DNA of 64,000 nucleotides, taken from assembly GCF_009914755.1 (NCBI RefSeq), contig NC_060940.1. The stretch is one strand, 5' to 3'. Positions 1-27,399 of this stretch are shown piece by piece. The DNA comes from the human T2T-CHM13v2.0 reference genome, Homo sapiens. Both the position numbers and the translations under genes were made by a program. The notes beneath the pieces are model-generated. The model did no database searches. It saw only the letters and a program-made list of their open reading frames with translations, and was not told the DNA's origin. The number at the start of each line of letters is the position of its first letter. Within the stretch, counting starts at the first letter, position 1.

Positions 1-495
1 ACAGGAGTCCCCTCCCCTGCTGCACAGCTGCGCATCCATCCTCAGCAGGAGACTGGCTTTCCATCAGATAGGCCGTCGTCCTCCCTTGTGGGAGACAGAA
101 AAGATGATAGTATCTGACCGTGTGAGGCTGTCAGGTCTGGCCAGCAATCCCCCTGCACGCGGGGCCCGCTCACGGAGTGCTGGGAGCAGAGACCAGGAGA
201 ACAAGATCCACAATTGTTCTCTGCGGCCCCACGGTGGAGCTTGCCTCCCGTCATCAGAACACTTGAGTATGGCATCCTTCTGGCAATAGTTTTGTGTTAA
301 CTGTTTTGGTTGACCGACTGTTTTCGGGGGCTTCTCCAGTGAAAACCATACACAATGTGGCTGAGATTAGGCAGCATGAAAGGAATTCCTCTGCCTCCGA
401 GCCAGAGCCTGGCTTTGAGAGGGAGGATCTTGTCCTGTATGTCCCTGGAAGCCTCAGCAGCGCTCGTTGTTGGCGACTGCATCAGAAGAGTCTCA

Positions 496-3206
<2,711 letters not shown>

Positions 3207-5759
3207 AGAATGTTTCTTAGCCAGCCTCCATCACCCCACCCCATTTGTCCGTCTCCCCGGCACCTTGATGCACTGGCAGTCTGCCTGACCGTCATGGCTG
3301 GTCCCACTCCAGGGTGCAGGTAAACGTCATCTCTGCACCAGGCTCTCCTGCCGGGGCTCTTCCCAGCTTCAGCTCCCCGCCCCAGCCCTGTGCCGTGTCC
3401 CTCTGCAGTTCATGCTTTGCTTTCTTGGCAGCTGGGCGGTTCGCTCGTCTCGCCAATGCTGGGCCTCCGTGTGGTCCCCCCAGCTTGCCCTGTGAGTTCT
3501 CAGAAGCACACACTCTAGCCCTGGGTGCCTGTTGGTGGAAGGAAGTCCACTGTGGGGCTCTCTCAGCCACTGTCCCTGAGCCTCCTCCTCTTTCTCCAGA
3601 CCCTCAGTCGGGCTCCACCCCGACTCCTAGAGCCTCAGCGCTGCACCCGGGAGCACAGACGGAGGAGGGGCTCACGTGCCAGCCAAGGGAATAAGGCAGG
3701 CATGCAGGACACAGGAAGGGCAAGCTCAGAACCCGAGAGCCCCTGAGGACACGAAAGGAGTCTGGGCCTCAGGAGTGGGGACTTCCTGCAGGGGCGCTGG
3801 CGCTGGCCCTGCCCAGGGGCACTGATGGCTCCCGGCTGCCCAGAGCTGCCCCCAGGGCTACAATGGATAAAGCAGAATAAAACGGATTCATCCAGGAACC
3901 CGAGGCTGCTCCTGCACCCCTGCCTTCCACCTCACCCTCCAGCATAAGTGTTGGTCCCAATGACAGAGACCTCAGAAGTCAGCCCTTGCCAGTTTGAGAG
4001 GAACCTTCTAGAAAGGGAGCATCTCGCAGAAATGAAACACCACATTCCTGAGGTCAGCAAATTTGCAGCCCCTCCCTGCATAGCTTCTGCAGGGACAGAG
4101 ACTAGTGTAGCAGCGGGCTGCTGTGGCCGCCCTGGAGAAAGCATCTCAGGCCTTCATGGGGTCCCTGGCCTCTCCTGGGCCATGGCCGAGCCCCTGCAGA
4201 GGGACCCATGTGGAAATCACAACCCCGCAGCTCCTTAGGGGAACAAGGCGCCCGGGACAGTCTGGCAGATAGGAGAAGGGGCTCAGGCCTGGGGAGCCAG
4301 GAAAGGAGTGAGGACAGGAGCTCCAAGGGGACTCAATTCATTTTAAGTCACTCAAGCCCCTCTCACCTGTGGCCCGGCCCCCTCCTGGAGCCTGGGATCT
4401 AGACCATCTCAGGCTTGTGAGGGGCCTCTAGATCTGGCCACATGGCCCAGGGGAAACACGCCTTTCCCCAAAGCACCCCTCCTCCTGGACAAAGGGGACT
4501 CACAGGCGCTGCCCACATGGCACCCCATAATCCAGGCTTCACCCCGGAGGCCGGCTTCCCCTTCCCTTCCCTGGCTCTGCCCTGCACGGCCACACTGAGG
4601 AGCCCGGGAGGGAGGAAGCCAGAGCCCGCCTCACCCTGACCCTCCAGCCCCATGCCCCGGGCAGAGAGGCATGCCCCAGGCAGAGAGGCCGTCCAGAACC
4701 AGGGGCCCCAGGCCTGTCCCCCCACGGAGGGCAGGGGTCAGCAGCCCCAACTGAGCTCTGAGGACCCCCCAGTCAGGCGATCAACCCAGTGAGGACCCCT
4801 GCCCCAGGGGAGGGAGGGAGCCAGGTTGCCCCCACGTGCCGACTCCCTGCACACGGGGGATCTCAGAGCTCCCCAGGGTTGGGCCTCGCAGGAAGCGCTG
4901 GTGCAGTGAGAGGCGGGCAAGCTGCTGGCCCTCTCTAGTCTCCTCTCTTCCTCTACGACGGGGCTTCATAAATATTTTCAGGCCTGTGGAGAGGGTGGGT
5001 GCAGGGGCTGACCCTTCCCTGTGTCCCCTTTGGGGCTGGGCTGCTGGGACCAGGGCATGCTCAGGGCTTCCATGCCCGTGTGTGCAAGGCTTAGGGCGGA
5101 GAGCACGGCCACCTGGTCCCACCCACCCATCCCAGCAGGCCAGGAGGGCAGGGGCTTTGTGAGAACCCTCGAGGCGGAAGCAGCCTCCTCCCCAGGCTTC
5201 TCCGAGCCCCTTCCTGGACTCCCAGGGCTGTGAGGACCCCAACCCGTGGCCCACGCCATCCTGGTCTGGCTGGGGTAGGAGGGCTGGAGATGGGCTCCCA
5301 GGCCCCTTCCCCTCCACCGGGCGGAACAGGAAGAGGGTAATTGAATCAGCGCTTCTCGCCCCATCTGGAACATTCCAACATGGAAAACCCACGGAGCGGC
5401 TGGGGAAGCAATTTAGGGACTTTAATTAAAGGCTGATGACTCTCCCAGGGAGCGCCTCCCCGCACGCAGCCCGTAGGTCCCCACCGACATCTGCCCTCCG
5501 TGTGTTCGGAGGCCCAGCTGGGCACCTCACCCGCATTGAGTGCTGGTGGTTAGGCGGAGTTCCTGCTCAGCGGGTGCAGAATACGCCAGCCCACCCCTCG
5601 CTGCTTCCAGAGTCTGCCCCCCCAGGCCCTGGGTTCAGGCCCCAAAGCCAGCCAAACCAGTGCCCCACCCCTCACAGCTCTGTGTCGGGACGGAAACAAT
5701 GGGGTCATTTGGTGGACTCAGAAAAGGAACTCTAAACGGAGGGAGGAAAGTAGCAGAGC

Positions 5760-6150
5760 CTCAGTGAGAGCAGCTGCCCCTCCATCCCGTCAGCACCTTC
5801 TGCAGGGAAAGGCATTCCAGACAGAGGGAATAGCACATGCAAAGCCCATGAGGTTGGACAGGCCACGGCAGGTGGAAGGAGCTGGCAGGTGCCAGTGTGG
5901 TGGGCGTGCTGGAATAAGGAGCGCATGTAGGACGGAGGGGCAAGCCGTAGAGGGCTGTAACAGCTGTGATCTGGAGTTTGGTTTTCATCCTAGAAGCAAT
6001 AAGGGGAAAAGGTGGGGATCAGAGAGTTTTAAAACAATAGGATCTGGTTTATTCCGCGACAGCCCTCCAGCTGCCATGCGGAGAGCTCACTGTAGAACAA
6101 AAGAGGTGGTGGGATGATGGTGAGCAGCCCCTGAAACGGCCCAGGCATGA
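5760..6150. mobile_element. L2 fragment (similar L2/MIR remnants at about 18760-18980, 35400-35520, 44060-44230 and 45450-45900)
   Basis: GCATTCCAGACAGAGGGAATAGCACATGCAAAG is a typical L2 motif. Confidence 0.5.
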
Positions 6151-7446
6151 GAAGGGTGTGTCCAGGAAGAAGAAATCCACATGCACCGGGCTGGGAACTG
6201 GGTCACCAGGGGCCAGGGGCTGTCCTGTATTCCTTCCCACCCCCAGGCCTGGGGCAGGCAGTTGGCCTGGTCTTCACAGAGGGCACCCGTGCAGGGGGTG
6301 GGGACAGAGCAGCCCAGCCCAGTGATCCCCTCCTGGCAGGGATCCGAGGTGGAGTCTGTTCCCTCTTCCCAAAGCTGCTGTCAGTCGGGGGGGCCCTTTC
6401 CCCTCCACCCACATCAGAGCTTCGAGGTAGGACGGAGGCTGTGCCTATGACTTGTCCACATCTGGGCCCACATCTGCCCACCATGTTGCCACTGCAGTCT
6501 CTGGGTGGGTGCTCAGAGGGGAGCTCAGAACCGGCCTCCAGCCCTGCCTCTGTCCTGGCCTGGGATGGAGAGGCCTGTGGGAAGTGCCTGCCCCTCAGGG
6601 CAGCTGCAGAGCAGAGTGTCCACTGGGCCCAGAAACTAGCAGGAGGCGGGGTGGGTGTCCAGACGCAGCCCCTCCTGCAAATCCTTCCTCACTGCCTGCA
6701 TCCCCAAAACAGGGAGTGGCTCCAAGTAGCTGAGAGGCAGAAAGACCATATCAGGGCCTGTGGGACTCAGCGGGGCTGTGGAGACCACAGCTAGGCCTTG
6801 CGACAGACCTGGGGCTAAGCCCAAGCAGCCCCGGAAGTCATCGTCAGGGCAGCTGGTGGGCACCTGGCAGACAGCACGTGGCCACAAGCAGGTGAGGGTC
6901 ATTACTGAGGAGTCCCTCCTACTCCCAGGACACAGGGGCGGACAGGGCACCCCAGCCTGCCTGAGTCTGGCCTCAGTTATGAGCGGGCAGCTGGACTGCA
7001 GATGGCCACTGATCCCAGCCCTATCCCCAGGGGAGGGCACAGAACAAATACCACGGAACTGGGGCAGCAGGGGCCTGGGGGAGTGGGTGGGGCCAGAGAG
7101 TGGGTGGTGCCTGAATGGGTGGGCCTCTACAGGGAAGGCTAAGAGGCTATTAATCCGTCTCCCTGTGCACACACCCAACACTCGCTGACCTCACCAACAC
7201 TCAGGCAATTCCACAAGGCTCCAGAAGGAAGCGTCCACTGCGCACCTGGATTCCGGATGAGCCAAGGTGGTGGGTGCGGACCCGACTTTAATCCTGCCCC
7301 ACCACTCCACAGCGAGGCCTGCAGCCTCACTTTCCTCATCCTGAACATGAGGACAGCCCTGCCCAGCCTCCCAGGGCTGAGAAGAGAGCCTGAGCATGGC
7401 CCCCAGCATCACTAGGGCTAAGCTGCATGTCGCTGGGCGGGCCCTA

Positions 7447-8577
<1,131 letters not shown>

Positions 8578-8673
8578 TCTTAAATATTCCTCTCTGCCCA
8601 GCATGTGCACGCAGCCCGCTCTGGCCAGGCGAGCGGGTGTCAATCAAGGTGCTGAGCATCCCCAGGGTGCCGC

Positions 8674-9289
8674 TCAGCCCCAGCCGAAGTCCTGGCCCGT
8701 CATCTGGTAGAACCTGCGGTTGAAGGGCCGGTAGAACTCCTGCAGGCGCCGGACCACGGCCTGGGGCACGCGTGGGTGTGGCCGGCCCTTGGACTTGCCC
8801 AGGCAGCGGGGACGGCTGCCGCCCTGGGCCTTCTTGAGGCAGGGGAAGCCCTTGGTGGCGTTGAAGTAGAAGTGCTTGTCCGTGACGACCCGTTTCAGGC
8901 CCAGGAAGTCCTGCACGCGGCCGACCTCTCCGGCCGGGTCGCTGACCAGACGCTCCCCGCTGACGAACAGGAAGTGGGACAGGGGGAAGTAGCGCAGCCA
9001 GTGGTCCAGGTGCTGGGCGTACAGGCCGATGCGGACGGCGCTCCAGGCTGTGTCCACGGGGCCCAGGCCGTGGCGGAAGGCCAGGGCGCGGAAGCTGGGC
9101 AGGCCCGGGGTCTTGGAGAGCGTCTGGGTATAGTCGGAGATGGCCCGGGTCACGGGGTTCCGCACCACCACGATCAGCTTCGTGTCCGGGGACATGGCGT
9201 GGATGCGGCGGGGGACCTCTCGCGTCACGAAGTAGCTGGGGGTCTTCTCCATGGTGATCTGCCCATCCAGGGTTCGGGGCATCAGACTC
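8674..9289 (-). CDS. HS3ST6: HS3ST6 coding exon 2 (sulfotransferase domain to stop)
   Basis: Acceptor ccgcag|G at 9290-9291, in phase with exon 1; EKTPSYF, 3'-PAPS motif [17 protein letters not shown], ends GQDFGWG*. Confidence 0.96.
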
Positions 9290-9831
9290 CTGCGGGACGG
9301 GTGCAAGGAGAGGGGGCCTGAGCCTCCCCAGCCCTAGACCGGCCCCCAGGGGCCCGGGACCAAGGCCCCCTTATGCCCGGGAAGCCCAGGCCTCCAGGGC
9401 GAGCAAGTCTTCCTCCCTGCTCGGGCCCACCCCTGCTAGCGTGCGCGGCTGGGCAGCCTGGAACATGGACTGTGAGGGTGCCCAGCCCGGCACCTGCCTG
9501 CAGCCCGGCCTGTTCCGCCGGCCTGCCCCGCCTGCTGCTGCACTGAGGATTAGGGTGACGGTCGCTGGTCGGGAGGCCCAAATGCTCCTCACCACCCACA
9601 TATCTTCCCTGTGCAATCCCTGCCGTCCTCGCTTCCAGAGCCAGCTCCCTCCCACCGGACCCACACTCTCCTGGAACTAGGCTGCCCCCAGCTCCTTTCT
9701 CATCCCAGACCAAGTACCCCGAGGCCCGCCCGCCTAGATCACTTGAGGTCACCCGTTCACTCAGTGGCTGACAGCATCCCCTAAATCAGCCCTTCACCAA
9801 TTATTGACAGTGTGTCCTCAACCAAAAGTAG

Positions 9832-12681
<2,850 letters not shown>

Positions 12682-14899
12682 TGATGGTCAAAGTACAGCC
12701 CCCATTTGCCCCCAGACAGGGCACCCTTCCCAGATCGAGACCTTGGGGAGTCTGCGTGACCCCCACACCTGGCAGACACAGGTGCTTCACTAGTGGGGGA
12801 ACGGCTGAGCATGTGCTGAGCTCGGGGGCACTAGTGGGCTACAGTCCCCAAGTGGGAGGCCCCTCAAGAGCCTGGATGAGCTGACTGACGGTGGAGAGGA
12901 GGGAAGGAGGGCCTATGGCCAAAGTCAATCCAGGACCCAACTGCCGAGGCCACAGGAAGGCCGGGTCACCGCCTGGAACTAGGTCGGTCACAGCCCAGTC
13001 AGTGGGAGCCGTGGCCCGGAGACTCAACTGGGGGCCCTGGTTACTCTGCTCGCCTCCCCGCGTCGGCACCCAGAACAGAGCTTGCAGGCACTGGGGGCCC
13101 AGTCCAGGGTCTCAAGAGCAGACAATGCTGCCTTGCAGTTGGGGAAACTGAGACAGGGTGAGAACTTTCAGGGGCTCATTGCAGGCTCCTAGCAGGCTGA
13201 AAGGACGGAGGCACAGGCACCTAGGAGCACACCAGCCCCACGTGGCCACGGCCCCTCGGAGAGCACAAGGACACCCGCAGTCGGGAAGCTCAGCGGGCCC
13301 ACGTGGCCACGGCCCCTCGGAGAGCATGAAGACACTCGCAATGCGGAAGCTCAGCAGGCCCAGCTCTACTGGCTCTGCACCGCCCAGTGAGGGGTCAGCA
13401 CAGTTGGTCCAAGGGACAACACCAGATTAATGAGGCAGAAGCCACGGGACTGACCCCTTGGAATTCTCCACACCCACCCCTCCCCCTTCTAAAAAATGAG
13501 GACGTCAAGAATCTACCAGAGCAGTCACTCTCCTGTACCCCCCTCCAACTCTGGGCACGTCAGTGTCCCCGGAACCCCACCCCCAGGCTAAGGAGCTGAC
13601 TCCCAAGTTGGGCCTGGCCTTGGCTGCCTCTCATCCTCCCCAAACTGATCCCCCAGCGCTGGACACATGCCCAGGGCGGGCCTGGACTGGCCTCAGGAGC
13701 CTGGGCTCTTCCAGAACCCTTTAGGGCTAAACCCAACCCTAGCTTCCCCTGTGGCTGGCTCCTCACGGCCCAGCTCAGATCCCACCCCCAGTCTCTTGCT
13801 GTCAAAGCTCATGGGGCTCAGGGGTGGCTCTGAAGTGTTTACTCCAGTTAACTGTGCATCCTTAACCCAAAGCCCTTTCTCCCCTTCCCCCTCCCGCCTC
13901 TCCCCTCCTCCCCCGTCTCGCCACTCCCCTCCTCCCCAGCTTCTAGCTTGGTAGCCCCTCCTACCCTCCTCCCTGCAGCAGGGATTAGGGATGCATTCTG
14001 ACCCCTGCCTGCCGTCAGGGGAGTGAGGTCTCTCCCTGGAGCCTGAGCTGAGGATGCCCAATTCAGCCAGGTGAGCCCCGGGATGGACTCCATGTCCCCT
14101 AGCCACCACCTGACTTCCCCAGCACCCCACACTGGCACCAGCCCTTCAGATCTCAGAAGCGAGCCACCCTATTCTCACGGAGCCCCTTCCTGCCTGCCCT
14201 CCAAACCCAAGAGTAGTTTTAGTACAAAAGGCAAAGTTAACAAATAGGGGTAGGCGTCAGGGAAGGAAGAGGATCAGAGGATCGGGAACGGAGAAACTGG
14301 AGCACCTGGAGAAGCGTCTGGGTCCTGCCACCCCCACTGACTCCCCAACTGGCCTTGGGCAGGGTCCTCTCTGCAGGCGCTGGGTCCAAGCTTGGGGATG
14401 AGCAGCCACCAGCGCGGGCTGCTTCAGCTGGGGCTGCCGCACCCCCACGTCCATCCTGGGTAGAGGCAGGACAGCCACAGAGCCCCATGCACGGGGCTGG
14501 ACTCACCCTGGGCACTCACCTAAAGGCAGTCTCCTCCTTTCCAAAGCCCAGACTTTCTCCGGACTCCCAGGACCACCAACAAGGGTTCCTGTGCGCAGAC
14601 TCGGGGGTCTTGGGGAGGAAGGACGCTTTCTAGGTGGCTGCCTGGAACCTGGAGGCCCCTTTCTACAGTACCTGGCCAGCGGTCGGTCACACCTGAGTGC
14701 CCAGAGTGAGCGGGCGGCAGAGGCATTTCTGACGCTGCCAGGTAATCCCACGGGCTGGAAACGACCTCTGGGCTGGGAAGCCACCGCCTCCCCCAGTCCT
14801 GCTGGGTCCCTCAGCAGAGAGAACGGAACCGGGGCTTTCCCCACAGTTTTCAAAGTTTCAGGGAATCCTAGCCAAGTATCATTCCTTCTTCCGGAGCCG

Positions 14900-16130
<1,231 letters not shown>

Positions 16131-17152
16131 CTCCCAGCTGACAGTCACACATCGGGTCACAGCCTGGCCGCTGAGAGGTCAAGTCACCTCTGGTTACTGT
16201 TTTAGAATGGAGGGGACAGGCTCAGAGAAAATAGGCTTCCCTCCCAGGGGCCCAGTGGTGAACTGAATTCAGGCCTGAGACATACTCTGTCTACTAAGTC
16301 ACCCCATCTGCCCAGCCTTGGTCCACCTGGCACTGCCCAGAGACATCAGTGATGCATTTCGGAAGCTGGCAAAGTGGACCCCACTGGAGTACAAAGGACT
16401 CAGGGACCCCTGTGCTGGGGAAGAGAAGGAGCCCAGGACCTCCCCCAGGGGCTGCCTCTGAGGGGCGTGAGATTCAGGGGCCTCTCGGGTGGGACCTGCG
16501 GGGGCCGCTAGACACTGCGGGAACTTCACATCCCCAACGCCCAGCAGCAGCCTGCAGGGAAGGCAGGGGAGGCGAGCCGGGCTCAGAGAGGGCGAGCAAC
16601 TTGCCCCATCCGAAGGCAAAGGTGGTATGAGACCCAGGTCCTCTCTCCACCTCTGCCCCAGCCTTCCTGGCCACAGGGCTGGCGCCAGGCAGGCACGGCA
16701 CAGGCTCCCGGCAGAGGCCCAGCCTCTTCCCAGCCAAGGGCTTGCGGCCCCTGTCCTGGGCTCTGCTGCGTTAATGAGCCGTTCCAGCCCTGATGGCATC
16801 TGGACAAGTCCCAGCAGCCGGGCTGCCTCAAGGGGCCGAAGGCCTCCACGACCCACAGACATTCCGGAGCTCCTACCCAGCAGCAGCCCTGGCCAGAGGG
16901 GGCCACACGGGGCTGACGGGGTGAAGACCACTGACCAGTCCCCCAGCCCCGGCTCCAGACATGCGGGCTGCACCTGCTCATCTGGGCAAGCCTCTGCAGG
17001 AGCCCCGTGGGCAGGCAGCGGGCACAATGCGAGGAGAGCATGCTGGCTTATGCTGGGTCACAGGAAATTCTTCTTCTGGTCTAGCTTGAAATGGTATTGT
17101 TCCCAACGGGCTGGCTCGGGGTGGGGGCGGGGGTCCCACCCTGCAGCATCCA

Positions 17153-18450
17153 CCCCACAGTCTCAGCAGTCCCCACGGTCTCAGGAGTCCCCACGGTCTC
17201 AGGAGTCCCCACGGTCTCAGCATCCCCATGGTCTCAGCTGTCCCCAGGGTCTCAGGAGTCCCCACGGTCTCAGCCGACCCCATGGTCTCAGCCGTCCCCA
17301 GGGTCTCAGGAGTCCCCACGGTCTCAGCAGTCCCCACGGTCTCAGGAGCCCCCACGGTCTCAGCCATCCCCACGGTCTCAGGAGTCCCCACGGTCTCAGC
17401 CGTCCCCACGGTCTGAGTCCCCACGGTCTCAGCTGTTCCCACGGTCTCAGGAGTCCCCACAGTCTCAGCTATCCCCACGGTCTCAGCCATCCCCGTGGTC
17501 TCAGCAGTCCCCACGGTCTCAGCCGTCCCCACGGTCTCAGGAGCCCTCACGGTCTCAGCCATCCCCACGGTCTCAGGAGTCCCCACGGTCTCAGCCGTCC
17601 CCACGGTCTCAGGAGTCCCCACAATCTCAGCTGTCCCCACGGTCTCAGGAGTCCCCACAGTCTCAGCTATCCCCATGGTCTCAGCCATCCCCGTGGTCTC
17701 AGCAGTCCCCATGGTCTCAGGAGTCCCCACGGTCTCAGCCGTCCCCACGGTCTCAGCAGTCCCCACGGTCTCAGCCGTCCCCACGGTCTCAGGAGTCCCC
17801 ACGGACTCAGCCGTCCCCAGGGTCTCAGCCATCCCCAGGGTCTCAGCCGTCCCCACGGTCCCAGCCGTCCCCACCGTCTCAGCAGTCCCCACGGTCTCAG
17901 CCGTCCCCATGGTCTCAGCAGTCCCCACGGTCTCAGGAGTCCCCACGGTCTCAGCAGTCCCCACGGTCTCAGCCGTCCCCACCGTCTCAGGAGTCCCCAC
18001 CATCTCAGCCGTCCCCACGGTCTCAGGAGTCCCCATGGTCTCAACCGTCTCCACGGTCTCAGGAGTCCCCACGGTCTCAGGAGCCCCCACGGTCTCAGGA
18101 GCCCCCACGGTCTCAGTCATCCCCACGGTCCCAGCCGTCCCCACGGTCCAAGCCGTCCCCACGGTCCCAGCCGTCCCCACGGTCTCAGCCGTCCCCACGG
18201 TCTCCGCAGTCCCCACGGTCTCAGCCATCCCCACGGTCTCAGGAGTCCCCATGGTCTCAGCCGTCCCCACGGTCTCAGAAGTCCCCACGGTCTCAGCCGT
18301 CCCCACGGTCTCAGGAGCCCCCACGGTCTCAGCCGTCCCCATGGTCTCAGTCGTCCCCACAGGTTCAGCAGTCCCCACGGTCTCAGCCATCCCCACGGTC
18401 TCAGCCGTCCCCACAGTCTCAGCCATCCCCACGGTCTCAGCAGTCCCTAC
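17153..18450. repeat. 18-bp minisatellite (GTCCCCACGGTCTCAG[CC/GA/CA]), about 70 copies
   Basis: Direct inspection. Confidence 0.97.
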
Positions 18451-19159
18451 TCAGGACTTGAAATTCCAGCACTGGTTCCCTGATGGCTCCTCCAGCCCCC
18501 TGCCCAGCCCAGCATGGTCATTTCCATCTCCTGGCCTTTCCGCTGCCGTCTCTCTGCTGGATGCTTTATCCTTAGTCCCCGCTGAGGGCAGAAGGACTTT
18601 CCAGGAGGAATTGACCAGAACGCAGAACAGCAGGATGTGGAATGGACGTGGGGACAGGGAGAGAGAGATGCAGGGACCAGGAGTCGGCTCGGAGGGTTCT
18701 CCTGGAAGCTGACCCCTCCCTCCATCAGGCACTCGGCTGACGGTGGCTACACACCTCGGGGCGCCCAGGATGGCAGCACTGGGGCTGTTCATTCACCAGT
18801 GGATCCCCAGCACCTAACAGAGCCTGGCACGCAGTGGACATTCCATTAATGTCGCTCAGTGGAAGGGTATACGTGGGAGGAGAGGTCGGGAAGGCTTTCT
18901 GGAGGTGACGGCCAGGTGAAGACGAGGAGAACAGCATTCCAGGCCAAGGAACCGTGTGGGTGAAGGCTCAGCAGCAGAGAGCCCGGGCAGTAGAGGATGG
19001 GGTGGAGCTTAAGGCCCTGCGGGAACAGGGGCGGGGCTTAGAGTCTGGCCTGAGGCTGGTCCAGCCCCGCCTCCTCCTCAGGCTGCCACCAACTCTGAGC
19101 CACCAGACCCTCCTTTGTAAAATGAAGACCTCAGTCATGACTCGCATGAGTCTCTGAAG

Positions 19160-20740
<1,581 letters not shown>

Positions 20741-22043
20741 AGTGCCTTATGAAGGTTAAATCTGATAATTTCAGGAACTTCTTCTCCATGCTCCTCACAC
20801 ACAAACTTCCTTCCCTCTGCCCCAGGACACCTGAGCAACCAGACTGTAGGGACAAAGGGTGTGGGCTGTCCCTGCACCCTGAGAGGGTCCCTCGCCTCCT
20901 GCTCTCTGTCTGAATGTCCTCCTCCGCCAAGAAACAGACATCAACAAGTTCCTTCTGCCTAGCCGGATCTCCCAAGGCCCCAGGGGTTTTGAGGGTCCAC
21001 ACTGCCCGAGCTCATCTTGACCCCTGTATAAGCCAGACAGCCAGGCAGATGGTCTGTCCACCCTCCAGCTGACGAACATGTGGATGGTCGGCCTGATGTA
21101 GTGGCTGGGAGGAGAGGATCTGGGAGGGGAGATGGGCTGTGCTGCCCCAGCTGCTGGGCCCAGTAAACGTTGTCCCTTGGAGAGGTGACAAGGAGGGCCA
21201 GGGCAGGAGGGGATGGAGAGGGGAAGAGGTGGGGAGTCCTGGGGAGCAAGGCCGTGCTAGGAGGAATGCCCTGCCCGGCGTCAGATCCTCAACCAGCGTC
21301 CTGGCTACATTTGTGCCCCCTTCACAGTCTGTAACTATTTCTTTGTGGGTGATTTTGATCCCTGTCTCCACCTACCCATGATCTCTACAAGGGCAGAGAC
21401 GGGGTCAGTCTTGATCCCTTTTGTGGCTCCACGCCTGACCAGGATGACAGCTCATGTTTGTTGAGCAACTAAGTGACTGTGTATGTGTGTCTGTGTGTGT
21501 CCCTCCCTGACACCCCTCTCCACCTCTTTCCCAGTCTGTCCCCTCCCCGGGGTGGGCAGCCCCAGCCTGGGCCCTCACAAGCGAGGGCAGGACCGCGGCC
21601 CCACTCTGGAAAGTGATTAGCGGCCCCGCCCTCCGCCGAAGACAGCTAGGGTAGATTTCACACAGCCAGGAGGAGCTCCAGGAACTCCCTCCCTGAGAAC
21701 CACACCCTTCATCCCTGAGACTGGCTCTGCCCCGCTCCGCGCCTCCTGCCAGGATTCCTGCGAGGGGAGCAAGCGGAGGGGGCTGCCGCCAGAGGGCGGG
21801 CCCAGCTGTCCTTGATTTGTGTGGGGTTTTTCCACTTCAGATGCCTGATTTGCCCGAGCTCATAAAGGATGTGGTTCCCTCCCAGGGAGGGGCCCCTCAG
21901 AGAGGCCAGTCCCCCATCCTACCCTCCCCGAGGGCCCGCTGTTCCCAGTTCACCCTGGTGGGGACCGAGGCGGGGCAGGAGCCCCTTGCTAGGATGGGGC
22001 AACGGTAACAGCAAAGGCTGTAGGGACCTTCAAGGCTGATTCA

Positions 22044-27182
<5,139 letters not shown>

Positions 27183-27399
27183 TTATGGAGTAGGAAATCA
27201 AGCTGGAGAGGTGGGGTCAGCCTAGGTCAGAGCAGGCAAGGACTGTGGGAACCTCTGAGGGAGGGACCTGGTCTGGTTATTATTTTGCAGAGAGGACTCT
27301 GGTTGGGGGAAGGCAGCCAGGAGCTGCCTGGGTTGTAGCGGGGAGAGGTGGGCGGAGGAAAGAGGCCTGGGATGTGGAACCCTAGGATCTAGCCCTGAG

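Noticed and set aside
17153-18450. CRISPR-like array appearance of the tandem repeats
   Set aside because: Units are contiguous with no unique spacers, no cas genes, and the DNA is eukaryotic
16489-18712. Very long ORFs (664, 484, 456 and 405 aa) with SR-, His- and mucin-like repeats
   Set aside because: They arise from a stop-poor 18-bp minisatellite open in several frames on both strands; a 17-nt unit shifts frame and there is no splice or poly(A) support
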